A DNA stretch of 64,000 nt from Hypanus sabinus (Eukaryota), in assembly GCF_030144855.1 (NCBI RefSeq), contig NC_082712.1, positions 11,718,001 through 11,782,000 on the forward strand, read 5' to 3'. Positions 27,298-39,752 of the stretch are shown in pieces (position 1 is the stretch's first letter; the number at the start of each line of letters is the position of its first letter). The notes beneath the pieces were generated by a model, which saw only the letters and a list, made by a program, of their open reading frames with translations, was not told the origin of the DNA and did not search any database. Made by a program: the position numbers and the translations under genes.

Positions 27298-28726
27298 CTC
27301 CAGAGATTGATGTTACGGTTTCTCTACAAGCTTGTTTACCTTTCCACAAGGACACTTGCCTGCGTGTAAAACTCTTACAGAGAGAGGAGGATGGAGCAGG
27401 TTGATGGACAGCGGGTGTCCAACATGTGGAGATAAAAACCAGGTCCGCTGATACAGACAGACACACGGTTTCAGACGCTGAATGGGTTGGTTGCACCCAC
27501 AGGAAGGTGGGGTTTTTGGAGGATCAATTCGGGAAAATTGATCAGTGGCTCTCGCAGTGTGAAAAGGTGTGACCGGTGGGGAATTATCTGTGTGTCCACC
27601 CTTGCCTGCCATTACTGAAGAACAGTCGCACGTGTTATGGTCATAGTCGGTGACCACAACAGGGCTTCGGAAGACAACTGAAAGATAGACGGCATCAGCT
27701 CACCTCTCACCTCTCCAATGTTACTCAACTACCTCCAACTGAACTTCACTCTCTTCATCATCGTAAGACTATATCCATCCACCCCGAGGTTTGAAAGAGC
27801 CTAGTTTTGTTCCTATTTCCACACTTATGTGTGTATAAATATATATATAATTGATAACCTGTTTGATATATCTGCATTTATCATACTGTATTGCACACTT
27901 ACTAATAAACACTATTAGTTAATAGCAATCACAGACTCCAAAATGTGTTTTCCATTTCTACTGGTTCTTTAACCCGTCACGGGGTACGTGGCAGGAGTTA
28001 AATACTATCACAATGAAATAATAATTAGGTGACATATGCATATTCAACAGCGCAATTGCCATATCTCCTGCGTTGCCAAATCCGTGGTTGTGACAGGGCC
28101 CCGCGCTCTAGGCGGAGCCCCTGAGGCGCCACTGACTTGTGTCCACTGGAAGTCCCGAATGAGGGATTTGTCCAAGATGTCCTTCAGTGATGCTGGTAGA
28201 TAAGTGTCATGGTGTGCACTGCCAATATCGGAGCCAAAGACTTCCACGTAGAGACAGAAACAAGAACTTTTATAGAAATAACTCGACCAAGTGACATCGT
28301 GAGATGAATCATTCTCAAAATGAGGACCCTCCGATCGGAGCTAATCGGGCATCTGCTTCAACGATAAAACTAACACAGAATCCCTGAGTCGACAAAATAA
28401 ACTTAACAAATTTAAACAGAAAGCACCAGGAAACAGCATCACAAAGAGCGAGAAAAACACAAGGACTCTTGGACCATTAATAATTGTTGCTAAGCAACAA
28501 TTAGCCAATTCAGGTGCTCTGAAGGCCTCTGAGCCCAACGCTCTCTGATGCCCTGCAAAGGCCTGAAGAAGTCACGACAGGACCCCCTCCCTATAGCTGG
28601 CAGCTGATGGCCCAGGAAGACCTGATACCTTGAGATCCAGGAATGACTCGAGAAGAGGGAGGCATGGGGAATTTGAGAGGCAGGGAGACTCAGGAATCCA
28701 GAGGGACCCGAGAACCCCAAGAGACA

Positions 28727-29110
28727 GAGAGACCAGGGAACCCCAACAGACTGAGAGAACCGGGAACCCCGACAGTCTGAGAGACCCAAGAACCCCAACA
28801 GACTGAGAGAACAGGGAACCCCAACAGACTGATTGACCCGGGAACCCCAACAGACTGAGAGACCCGGGATCCCCAACAGATTGAGAGACCAGGGAACCCC
28901 AACAGACTGATTGACCCGGGAACCCCAACAGACTGAGAAACCAGAGAACCCCAACAGACTGAGAGACCAGGGAACCCCAACGGACTGAGAGACCCGAGAA
29001 CCGCAACAGACTGAGAGACCAGGGAACCCCAACAGACTGAGAGACCAGGGAACCCCAACAGACTGAGAGACCAGGGAACCCCAACGGACTGAGAGACCTG
29101 GGAACCCCAA
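28727..29110. repeat. 26-bp minisatellite (~15 copies)
   Basis: Unit gagagaccagggaaccccaacagact. Confidence 0.92.
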
Positions 29111-30678
29111 TGACCAGTTTGTCTTTGGACTGTGGGAGGAGAATGTACAAGCAATTGAACCCAGGTCACTGGCACTGTAATAGATTTACACCAGCTGCTA
29201 CCTTACCATGCTTTTATCTTGATTTTAAAGTGGAATTGGCAACTCTTTGGCTGTAAAGGCCACGGGGAGATGCCTCATACCAAGTCTATTTTATGCTTAA
29301 TGCTTCCCTAGTAACCCGGAGACTTGACATCAGTGCCTCACAGCTCAGTGCAACATTCAGCCTTGCTCCTCAGCAATACGGGTGTCGGTGTCATCAAGCT
29401 CCAATAACACACAGTGATTCCAGTTAATGGGCTCATCAGGACATCAGGACCAGCGCATCTCAGCACAAAGAAGCAGCCGTCCTAATCAGCCAAATATTCA
29501 TGGAAATAGTTAAAGAGATATAAAAAAGACAAACTGAGTAAGAAATTATGTATTTAAATGAAATACAGAACAAATTAGAACACCATCAATAGTACTACAA
29601 TACCATCAGACTATATTAGTCTGATAATTATTGACGGAGGAATTCATCCAATGTAAGCTGCTGTTTCATTCTGATTGACGTAATTAAAACTATCTTCTTC
29701 AATGGCAAGAGGGGATGAGTGACCAGTGTGACACGTAGACAGCTCTCTCTCTCTCTCTCTTTCAATGAGGATGAAAACCTGTCAGTTCCTCGAGATGGGT
29801 GGGTGGTTCTTGGAGAAGCGATGTGGAAGTTTGTAGAATCAGAACGGTGAGCTTTGGTCTCCACTCCCGTTGTTGCAGGTGTGATCTCTCTCCCTCTCTG
29901 AGCCTGTCTGAGACACCAATGTGCTGGATTATGGACTGCAGATTTGATGGGCTCTGGATCAAGGTCTCTTTGAGGGGTTTCTGCTGTTGCTTGCATGGTG
30001 GGGGGTGGGCAGTTGCGGGGTGATTAACGGTTTTGCTGCTGCTTGTGTGGATAGATTGGCGGCGCGGATTCAGGGCTTCGATATTTCTCTCATTCATTCT
30101 AAGGGGTTTCTTCTTTTGTGGATGTCTGTGAAGAGTAAGATTTTCAGGTTGTATACAGTATACATTCTGATATGAAATTAACCTTTAAGCACTTGGATAC
30201 TCTTCTAGACAAATGTCTGAACAGCAATTCACTGCAAACTTCAGTTTTCCTTTGAGGATGTACCTTTGAGACAACTAAATGATCTGGCACTTTTGTGATC
30301 TCCTGGGAGGTCCAGCGAAGATGAGAGTGGAGAATGCCATCACTGGAGATGGCAGTTTCAAGGCCTGATGGTGGAAGACAAACTCATGATCAGTTCCATT
30401 ACTCAGTGCCAAGATTAAAATTGTCCATTTCCAAGCTGCTATCACAATTAAGCTGCAGAGTCTCTCAATGAACTGAAGGGAATCGAGTCTATTTTCTCAA
30501 ACAGTTTTTGTTTTTTAAGTGTCATCCCAATAGGTGGCTGCCCCAATTAACTAGAATACACTGTATTTCAGAAGCATAGACATGCCAGGAGGAGTCAGTA
30601 GTGAGTGCTGTCTCTCCTGGACTGAGGATGGAAATGGTGCAGCCTCCTTCCCCTGAGTTCAGTCGTCTTTGCCGATTA

Positions 30679-30710
30679 CTATTTCTTCACCACCTCCGCA
30701 TAGATCACAT
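30679..30710 (-). CDS. Terminal coding exon Y6: DVIYAEVVKK-stop (canonical ITIM)
   Basis: Acceptor tctgatttttgtgtttcag followed by AT GTG ATC TAT GCG GAG GTG GTG AAG AAA TAG. A C-terminal VxYxxV is typical of inhibitory receptors. Confidence 0.8.
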
Positions 30711-31304
30711 CTGAAACACAAAAATCAGATATTAGTTCAGACAGTGAGGGAAGATTGAAGGCTGAGGATTGAAGACTGAAGTTTGAAGACTGAGGATTGA
30801 AGACTGAAGTTGGCCTACCCAGAAGTTAAGGCCCAGGGTTGGCATGTCTAGAAATCCAAGACCTGATGTCTGTGAGCCCACTGGCAGCTGAAGGCCCGGA
30901 GGTGGTCTATCCCAGGGTTGGAAGCCTGACAGTGTGGGGATGGGGTGAGAGGGAGGAAAGGGCTTGTATGCAGTGCTTGTTTCTTTCATGGTTGTTGTTC
31001 TCTTGTTGCTTGTGTTGTTCTGCTGAATATTGTGGGTGTGCGATGTTTGTGCCAGAACGTGTGGTGACCCTTGCGGGCTGCCCCCGGCACATCCTTGTGT
31101 TGTGTTGGTTCTTTATGCAAATGACATTTCACTGTATGTTTCGATGTATGTGTGATAAATACGTGAATCTGAGTCGGAGACTGGCCAGGCCTCTCTGAGG
31201 AACAGGAAGCTCAAAGGGCCTGTGCAGTCAGCTCACCATTCCCGATTCCTGTCTCGTACGCCACTGTTTCCTAGCTAGTGTCCTCACCTGTGCAACAAGA
31301 GCAA

Positions 31305-31730
31305 ACGAAGTTTGCTTCCCTCCTCTTCTTCCCCCTCCCCTTCCTTTTTCTCCCTCTCCCCACCTGCTCCTCATTCCTCCTCCCTCAATTTTCCCCCTTC
31401 CCCTCCCTCTCTCCTTCCATTGCTCCATCCATTTCCCCCTTCCACCACTCTCTCCCTTCCTACCATTCTCTCCCCCTCTCTCCCTTCACCCTGCTCTCAC
31501 CCCCTTCCTCTCTCTACCCCTCCCTCTCTCTCTTCCCCACTCAGTCCCCTCTCTCTCTCCCACTTCCCTTATGCCTTTCCTTCACCCCCTTCTCTTTCTC
31601 CTTCGTCCCTCCTCCTCGCTCTCTTATTCCCTTTCCCCTCCCTCACCCTCTCTCCCCTTTCCCCTCCCTCTCTTTTATTCTCCCTCCCCTCTCCTCTCCC
31701 ACTCTTCACTGCTTCTCCAATCCTTCCCTC
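31305..31730. repeat. Polypyrimidine (CT-rich) low-complexity tract
   Basis: Predominantly C/T over ~420 bp, in the last intron of the receptor gene. Confidence 0.9.
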
Positions 31731-31972
31731 CAGTCTCACTGAGGTGGACTGCAGGACCCAGCGGCAGCTAGACACACACCCTGTGAGTGGGAGGGACGGG
31801 TGAATGGAGCAGTTGAAGGAGATCATTTTCAAGAATACCTTGAGAGAAAGCCTCACCTGGAGGTCCGGCTTCCTGCTTCTGCCCACCTGGAATTGAAGAA
31901 GAACTTTCTGTTAGTCAGCAGGATGACCTCGAAGTGATCCAAGAAATGGTGAAAGGTAAGCGGAGACTGTAC

Positions 31973-32050
31973 CTTGATCTTCAGCTTGTGGTTTGCTTGC
32001 CTTCTCACCTCTCATCAAAATAGTGGCGTAAGTGCAGGAATCTGGCTGCT
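31973..32050 (-). CDS. Tyrosine-motif exon Y5 (78 nt): EQPDSCTYATILMRGEKASKPQAEDQ
   Basis: Acceptor tccctctccttacag, donor G|GTACAG. 15 of 78 nt differ from Y4 by eye, with frame, Tyr and splice sites retained. Confidence 0.72.
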
Positions 32051-32089
32051 CTGTAAGGAGAGGGATTCATCTGAACCGACAGTAAATCG

Positions 32090-33110
32090 AAGTCAGGAGT
32101 TGCAATGTTATGTTGAAGCTGTATAAGGCATTGGTGAGGCCCAGTTTGGAGCATTGTGTGCAGATTTGGTCACCTAACTACTGAAAAGATATGAATAAGA
32201 TTGAAAGTGCAGAGTGCAGAGGAAGTTTACAAGGATGCTGCCAGAACTTGGTGACCTGAGTTATAGGGAAAGATTAAAGAGGTTGGGTTTTATTCCCTGG
32301 AGTGTAGGGGAATGAAGGGAGATTTGATAGAGGCATGTGAAATTATGAGGGGTAGTAATAAGATAAATGCAAGCAGGCTTTTTCCACTGAGGTTGGGTGA
32401 GAAAACCCACTGAGGGGGCACAGTCCTAAGGTGCTTGGAAGTAGGGACAGAGGAAATGTCAGGGGTAAGTTTTTCACAGACAGAAAGTGGTGGGTGTGTG
32501 GAATGCACTGCCAGCGAAGTTGGTAGAGGTGGATACAATAGGGTCTTTTAAGAGACTCTTAGATAGGTACATGGAGCATAGAATAATAGAGCGAATGCTG
32601 TAGGGAAATTCTAGGCAGTTTCTAGAGTAGGTTACATGGTCGGCACAACATTGTGGGCTGAAGGGCCTGTAATGTGCTGTAGATTTCTATGTTTCTATGA
32701 GACTGGAACTAGAGGCCATAGGTTAAGTGTAAAGATAAAATGTTTAAAGAAAAAATAAGACCATAAAACAGAGGAGAAGAATTAGGCCATTCAGCCCATC
32801 GAGTCTGCTTCACCAGTCCATCATGGTTGATTTATTTTCCCTCTCAACCCCATTCTCCTGCCTTCTCCCCATAATCTTTGACACCCTGACTAATTAAGAC
32901 CCTATCAACATCTGCTTTAAATAAACCCAGTAACTTGGCTTCCACATCCGTCTGTGCAATGAATTCCTCACCACCCTCTGGCTAAAGAAATTCCTTCTCA
33001 TCTCTGTTCTATAATGACATCCCCACATTCTGAGGCTGTTTCCTCTGGTCCTAGATTCCCCCACTTTCGGAAACATGCTCTCCAATTATGCTCTATCTAG
33101 GTTTTCAGTA
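32090..33110. mobile_element. Two CR1 3' fragments (plus 32090-32700, minus 32760-33110)
   Basis: Decayed LYKALVRPSLEHC, and GESRTRG..RRNFFSQRVV on the minus strand. Confidence 0.7.
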
Positions 33111-33164
33111 TTCGATGGTCAGCAGGCAGTCTGAGAAATGATGAACGGTAAATGGAGATTGTAC

Positions 33165-33242
33165 CTTGATCTTCAGTTTGAGGTTTTCTTGCCTTCCCAA
33201 GTCCTGTCGAAATGCTGGCATAAGTGAAGGAATCTGACTGCT
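33165..33242 (-). CDS. Tyrosine-motif exon Y4 (78 nt): EQSDSFTYASISTGLGKARKPQTEDQ
   Basis: Acceptor ctctcctccttacag, donor G|GTACAA. Phase 1-1 and a paralog of the exon at 31973. Confidence 0.72.
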
Positions 33243-33455
33243 CTGTAAGGAGGAGAGTGATTAGTCCGAATCGACTAATGTCTGAAAGCAAGAAATATTA
33301 CAACACCTAGCAGCTCACATTTATATGGAGCCTTAAACTACCTACAGACTGTACAAGACCTTGGAGAGTGGTGTCCACAGGTACATAGTGTTGTCAAAAG
33401 AGTTTTGTACGATAGCCTTCATAAATCAAAGTACTGAGTCAGGTGTACAGGCGTA

Positions 33456-33480
33456 CCTAATAAAGTGGCCATTGAGTGTA
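33456..33480. mobile_element. Tc1-like terminal inverted repeat remnant
   Basis: cctaataaagtggccattgagtgta, ending in TA. Confidence 0.35.
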
Positions 33481-33615
33481 AATATGATATTCTCAATCAC
33501 TGACTGGCAACTGTCCAGCACCTTTAAGAAAATCGAAAGGTTCTGTTGATCATCTGCTTAAGTTCTGAATACAAATTAGACAAAATTCCTCAGCAAATGA
33601 GGCAGTGATGTTGAC

Positions 33616-33669
33616 CTCTCTCACTGCGATTGAAGAGAACGCTGTCGTACACACTGCCATTGTCTTGTG
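33616..33669 (-). CDS. Tyrosine-motif exon Y3 (54 nt): AQDNGSVYDSVLFNRSER
   Basis: Acceptor cctgtgttttgtgacag. Donor G|GTCAAC is weak. Same length, phase and Tyr position as Y1/Y2. SVYDSV fits the ITIM consensus. Confidence 0.62.
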
Positions 33670-34399
33670 CTGTCACAAAACACAGGATGGTCACAGGACT
33701 GAAGGAAGTTTGGCCCTTGGAGTTTATTCTGGGTCCTCGTTCCATGGGACTTGCTTTTTCCCCTGTGAATTAGCTGAAATGTTCGGGCTGTTTGTTTCTG
33801 TAGGCCTTACATATCTGAGTCTAAAACCTCTCCAGAGTAACACACTCAAATGCTAAAGGAACTCAGCAGGTCAGGCAGCATCTATGGAGGGGAATGAAGG
33901 TCTCATCCTGAAACATCAAACGTTTATTCCTCTCCAGAGATGCTGCCTCTTCTAAGAGGATCACAACCTTGTCATTGGGTTCGGAGGCCCGTGTACCTCA
34001 ATGACTCGGAAAGCTATGTTGGCTGGAGTTTAGGTTTCATGCTTTGGCTCTTGGGAGAGTCAGCCATGCCAAACAGGTCAAAGGGCAGAGGCCGGTCTGG
34101 GAGAGGTCCACTGTTTCTCCAGTTTTTGGGGTTCAGCTCAGGGCTAACAACCCTGACTGGTCAATCAAATCTGTTATGGAAACAGTAGTGAAGGATCCTT
34201 CTACATCTGAGCGCGATGGTATTCCTCAGTCTCCACCTGGGACTTGCGTGACTGACAGTTGTGAAAGCTACCAATATGATGAAGTAGGCCAGAGATGGAG
34301 GACCGCCATTGCTGCCCGAAACCTCAGTGGTGTAACAGACAGGAGAGTAGATAGGTGCTTAGTTCCTGAATTGAACTGAACTGAATTGACATTATTACT

Positions 34400-35290
34400 T
34401 ACATCCTTCATATACATGAGGAGTAAAAATCTTTACGTTACGTCTCCATTCAAACAAGCAATTTTCAATTTATAATAATATGTACAACAGGATAGTCAAT
34501 ATAACATAGAAGTACAGTTGTATCAGCATGAATTAATCAGTCTGATGGCCTGGTGGAAGAAGCTGTTCCGAAGCCTGTTGTTCCTGGCTTTTATGCTGTG
34601 GTACCATTTCCCAGATGGTAGCAGCTGGAACAGTTTGTGTTTGGGATGACTCGGGTCTCCAATGATCCTTTGGGCTGTTTTTACACACCTGTCTTTCTAA
34701 ATTTCCTGAATACTGGGAAGTTCACATCTACAGATGAGCTGGGCAGTCAACATCACTCTGTGCAGAGTCCTGCGATTGAGGGAAGTACAGTTCCCATACC
34801 AGGCAGTGGTGCAGCCAGTCAGGATGCTCTCAATTATGCCCCAACAGAAATTTCTTAGGATTTGGGGGCCCATACCAAACATCCTCAGCTGTCTGAGGTG
34901 AAAGAGGCACTTTTGTGCTTTTTCGCCACGGAGCCAGTATGTACAGACCAAATGAGAACCTCAGTGATGTTTATGCTGAGGAAATTAAAGCTGTTCGCTC
35001 TCTCAAACCCAGATCCATTGATGTCAATAGGGTTGAGCCTGTCTCCATTCCTCCTGTAATCCACAACCAGCTCCTTTGTTTTTGTGACATTGAGGGAGAG
35101 GTTTTTTTCTTGACAGGGTCAGGGTGATGACTTCCTCTCTGTAGGCTAACATATTATTTGAGATAATCAGTGTAGTGTCATCAGCAAATTTAATTGCAGA
35201 TTGGAGCTGTGTGCGGCAACAGTCATGGGTATACAGAGAGTAAAGGAGGGGACTTGGTACACAGGCCTGAGGGGCATCTGTGTCCTCCAG
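34400..35290 (-). mobile_element. Rex1/Babar LINE 3' fragment
   Basis: FADDTT, HLRQLRMFGM and ESILTGCTTAWYGN motifs. Confidence 0.8.
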
Positions 35291-35565
35291 CATTTTGTGT
35301 GTGTTCCTTTGGATTTCCAGCATCTGAAGAATCTCTTGTGTTTATCAAAAACTCTCCACCCTCCTTCCATATTGTGGCAAAACTTTCCCCCACCCCAGCC
35401 CTTCCACCCCCCACTAATGTAGAACCTCCTCTGCAGGCAGTGATCGCTCCTGATCTCCTGGAGGACAGACTGTGCCCACACTATGGTGAACTTGTGCTGG
35501 GTTCAGTGGGAAACACACTGCCCCATGTCACAGGAATATTCCACTCTGGACTGGGGCAGAGAGGC

Positions 35566-35630
35566 TCAGCTGAGACGGTTCAGAACTCTACAGGATGGCA
35601 CCTCAGCACAATCGCTTTTGTCCAACAAGT
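35566..35630 (-). other. Candidate alternative terminal exon DLLDKSDCAEVPSCRVLNRLS-stop (copy A)
   Basis: Same acceptor as the copy at 39752, inside the tandem duplication. Confidence 0.35.
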
Positions 35631-35986
35631 CTGAACACAAGTTAGAGAGACACAAAATGAAAGGGAATGACTTCACTCACCCCATCACAGAACCATTCCC
35701 ACAACCTACTGACTCACTTTCAAGGTCTCTTCATCTTGTGTTCTTGATACTTATTGCTTATTTATTTACTATAATTATTTCTTTCATTTTGTATTTGTAC
35801 AGCCTGTTGTCTTTACACACTGGTTGTTTGCCTTGCTGGTGTGGTCTTTCATTGATTCTATTATTGTTATTTGATTTATTGAGTATGCCCACAGGAAAAT
35901 GGATCTTAGGGTTGTATATGGTGACAGATGTGTACTTTGATAATGAATTTACTTTGAACTTTGATAAGTTTTTATCTGCAATTTGA

Positions 35987-38217
35987 GAAGGATAAGGGCA
36001 GCTCAGAGGTGTCAATGTTGCAGTTGAACAGGGGAAACTATGGAGCCATGAGGGAGGAGCTGGCCAAAGTTGACTGGAAGGATAGCCTAGCAGAAAAGAC
36101 AGTGGAACAGCAATGGCAGGTATTCTTGGGAATAATGCACTAGGTGCAAAATCAGTTCATCCCCCAGAGAAGGAAGGATTCAAAGGGGGGAAAGGGGCCA
36201 CAATGGTTGACAAAGGAAGTCAGAGGTTGCATAGCATTAAAAAAAAGGAAGTATGACAGAGCTAAGGTGAGTGGGAGGACAGATGATTGGGAAGTTTTTA
36301 AGGAACAACAGAACTTAACTAAAAAGACAATACGGGGAGAAAAAATGAGGTACGAACGCAAGCTAGCCAGGAATATAAAGGAAGATAGCAAAAGCTTTTT
36401 TAGGTATGTGAAGAGAAAGAAGATAGTTAAGAACAATGTTGTGCCCTTGAAGAATGAATTGGGTGAAATTGTTATGGGAAACAGAGAAATGGCAGAAGAA
36501 TTTAATGAGTACTTTAATCTGTTTTCATTAAGGAAGACACAAGCAATCTCCTAGATGTATGGATGGGCCAAGGACATAGGGTAACAGAGGAAATGAAACA
36601 GATTGACATTAGGAAGGAAACAGTGATGAGAAGACTGATGGGTCTGAAGGCTGACAAATCCCCAGGTCCAGATGGTCTGCATCCTAGGGTACTAAAGGAG
36701 GTGGCCCTGGAAATTGTGGATGCATTGGTAATCATTTTCCATTGTTCCTGAGATTCAGGATCAGTTCCTGAGGATTGGAGAATGCCTAATATTATCCCAC
36801 TTTTTAAGAAAGGAGAGAGGGAGAAAACAGAGAGCTATCGACCTGTCAGCCTGACATCGGTGGTGGGGAAGATGCTAGAGTCCTTTATTAAGGATGAAAT
36901 AGTGGCATATCTAGATAGCAGTGATAGGATTGGGCCGAGCCAGCATGGATTTACCAAGGGTAAATCATGCTTGACTAATCTGTTGGAGTTTTTCGAGGAT
37001 GTAACCAGGAAGTTAGGCTGGGGAGTTCCAGTGGATGTAGTGTACCTCGATTTTCAGAAGGCATTTGATAAGGTCCCACATAGAAGATTGGTGGGTAAAA
37101 TCAGAGCTCATGGCATTGGGGGGAAGATATTGACATGGATAGAAAACTGGTTGACAGATAGAAAGCAAAGGGTAGCAGTGAATGGGTGTTTCTTGGAATG
37201 GCAGGTGGTGACTAGTGGGGTGCCACAGGGCTCGGTATTGGGACCACATCTGTTTATGATTTAGATGAAGGCATTGAGAATAACATCAGCAAACTTGCTG
37301 ATGATACTAAGCTGAGTGGCAGTGTGACATGTGATGAGGATGTTAGGAGAATTCAGGGTGACTTGGTTAGACTAGGTGAGTGGGCAGATACTTGGCAGAT
37401 GACGTTTAATGTGAATAAGTGGGAGGTTATCCACTTTGGGAGTAAGAACAGGAAGGCAGATTATTATCTGAACAGTGTAGAGTTAGGTAAGGGAGAAATA
37501 CAAAGAGATCTAGGAGTCCTTGTTCATCAGTCACTGAAGGTGAATGAGCAAGTGCAGCAGGCAGTGAAGAAGGCTAATGGAATGTTGGCCTTTATTACAA
37601 AGGGAGTGGAGTACAAGAGCAAGGAAATCCTCTTGCATTTGTACAGAGCCCTGGTGAGACCGCACCTGGAGTATTGTGTACAGTTTTGGTCTCCAGGGTT
37701 AAGGAAGGACATCCTGGCTATAGAGGAAGTGCAGCGTAGATTCACGAGGTTAATTCCTGGGATGTCTGGACTGTCTTACGCAGAGAGGTTAGAGAGACTG
37801 GGCTTGTATACCCTGGAATTAAGGAGATTGAGAGGGGATCTGACTGCAGCATATAAGATTATTAAGGGATTGGACAAGATAGAGGGAGAAAATATGTTCC
37901 AGATGCTGGGAAAGTCCAGTACCAGAGGGCATGGTTTGAGAATAAGGGGTAGGTCATTTAGGACAGAGTTAAGGAAAAACTTCTTCTCCCAGAGAGTTAT
38001 GGGGGTCTGGAATGCACTGCCTCGGAAGGTAGTGGAGGCCAATTCTCTGGATGCTTTCAAGAAGGAGCTAGATAGGTATCTTATGGATAGGGGTATCAAG
38101 GGATATGGGGACAAGGCAAGAACCGGGTATTGATAGTAGTTGATCAGCCATGATCTCAAAATGGCGGTGCAGGTTCAAAGGGCTGAACGGTCTACTTCTG
38201 CACCTATTGTCTATTGT
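35987..38217 (+). mobile_element. 5'-truncated CR1 ORF2 (copy A)
   Basis: KSPGPDGLHPRVL, YRPVSLTSVVGK and SQHGF motifs, with a (ctattg) tail. Confidence 0.92.
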
Positions 38218-38429
38218 CCAAATGTTAGCAGGAATTCAGCAACACAAAGGAACAGAATTGTTGACATTTTGGATTGAGACCTTGCAAACCATTGATAATT
38301 TATTTCTCCCCCACAGGCACAGTTCAACCCGCTGAATTTCTCTACCAGATTGTGTGTCACTCCAGTTCCAACACTCTTGTTGCTACAAACAAGGTCAAAA
38401 CTCTCAACCAGTAAGGTGCTGGCATTTAC

Positions 38430-38483
38430 CTTCATTGTTGCTCCTCAGGGCAATGTTGTCATACAACAGGATGCTGTCTTGCA
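38430..38483 (-). CDS. Tyrosine-motif exon Y2 (54 nt): VQDSILLYDNIALRSNNE
   Basis: Same acceptor and donor as Y1. LLYDNI fits the ITIM consensus (S/I/V/L)xYxx(I/V/L). Confidence 0.72.
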
Positions 38484-38639
38484 CTGTAACACAAATCAGA
38501 GAATCAAGTTCAAATTCAGGTTCAATTGTCATTCAACTACACAAGTATACAGCCAAATGAAACAGCGTTCCTCTGGGGCCAAAGTGTAAAGTTCAGTCAT
38601 CAACAGCCACAGACTGTGCAATTTCAAGTAATTATAGTA

Positions 38640-39410
38640 AGTAGAACCGGCCAGTCAATATCATATAGAAATACAATTGTATCAGCATGAATTAATCAGT
38701 CTGAGGCCTGGTGGAAGAAGCTGTCCCGGAGCCTGTTGGTCCTGGCTTTTATGCTGTGGTACCATTTCCTGGATGGTAGTAGCTGGAACAGTTTGTGGTT
38801 GGGTTGATTCGAGTCTCCAATGATCCTTCGTGTCCTTTGTACAGATGCGCTGGGATGTCTGCACCACTCTCTGCAGAGTCCTGTGATTGAGGAAGGTACA
38901 GTTCCCATACCAGGCAGTGATAAAGTCAGTCAGGATGCTCTCAATTGTGCCCCTGTAGAAAGTTCTTAGGATTTGTGGTCCCATCCCAAACTTCATCAAC
39001 TGTCTGAGGTGAAAGAGGTGCAGTTGTGCCTTTTTCACCACACAGCCAGTATGTACAGACCACGTGAGATGCTTGGTGATGTTTATGCTGAGGAAATTAA
39101 ATCTGTTCACTCTCTCAACCCCAGATCCATTGATGTCAATAGGGTTGAGCCCGTCTCCATTCCTCCTGTAGTCCACAACCAGCTCCTTTGTTTTTGTGAC
39201 GTTGAGGGAGAGGTTGTTTTCTTGACACCACTGTGTCAGGGTGATGACTTCCTCTCTGTAGGCTAACTCATTATTATTTGAGATAATCAGAGTAGTGTCA
39301 TCAGCAAATTTAATTACAGATTGGAGCTGTGGGTGACGACACAGTCATGGGTATACAGAGGGTAAAGAAGGGGACGTAGTACACAGCCCTGAGGGGCATC
39401 TGTGTTCTCC
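38640..39410 (-). mobile_element. Rex1/Babar LINE 3' fragment
   Basis: HLRQLMKFGMGPQILRTFYRGTIESILT. Confidence 0.8.
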
Positions 39411-39687
39411 AGCGTTTTGTGTGTGTTCCTCTGGACTTCCAGCATCTGCAGAATCTCTTGTGTTTATCAAAAACTCTCCACCCTCCTTCCATATTGTGGC
39501 CAAACTTTCTCCCACACCAGCCCTTCCACCACCCACTAATGTAGAACCTCCTCTGCAGGCAGTGATCACTCCCGATCTCCTGGAGGACAGACTGTGCCCA
39601 CACCATGGTGAACTTGTGCTGGGTTCAGTGGGAAACACACTGCCCCATGTCACAGGAACATTCCACTCTGGACTGGGGCAGAGAGGC

Positions 39688-39752
39688 TCAGCTGAGACAG
39701 TTCAGAACTCTACAGGATGGCACCTCAGCACAATCGCTTTTGTCCAACAAGT
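39688..39752 (-). other. Candidate alternative terminal exon DLLDKSDCAEVPSCRVLNCLS-stop (copy B)
   Basis: Long pyrimidine tract and acceptor tttcattttgtgtctctctaacttgtgttcag. Phase-1 frame ends in TGA. Confidence 0.35.

Larger units (their letters stand above)
8752..27993 (+). mobile_element. Gmr1-like Ty3/Gypsy LTR retrotransposon (gag-PR-INT-RT-RH), degraded, carrying nested insertions
   Basis: LTRs 8752-9566 and 27179-27993, TSD GGAG on both sides, PBS at 9571, purine tract aaaaggaagcagg before the 3' LTR. Integrase precedes RT. Confidence 0.9.
8428..28095. mobile_element. Older LTR-like element split by the Gmr1 insertion (pieces 8428-8751 and 27994-28095)
   Basis: Termini tctcacaa...ttgtgaca form an imperfect inverted pair. 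The two pieces are joined through the GGAG TSD. No outer TSD. Confidence 0.35.

Noticed and set aside
28490-29175. Three 160-206 aa minus-strand ORFs
   Set aside because: Translations of the 26-bp minisatellite. The period is not a multiple of 3.
31228-31886. Pro/Ser/Leu-rich ORFs
   Set aside because: Products of the CT-rich low-complexity tract.
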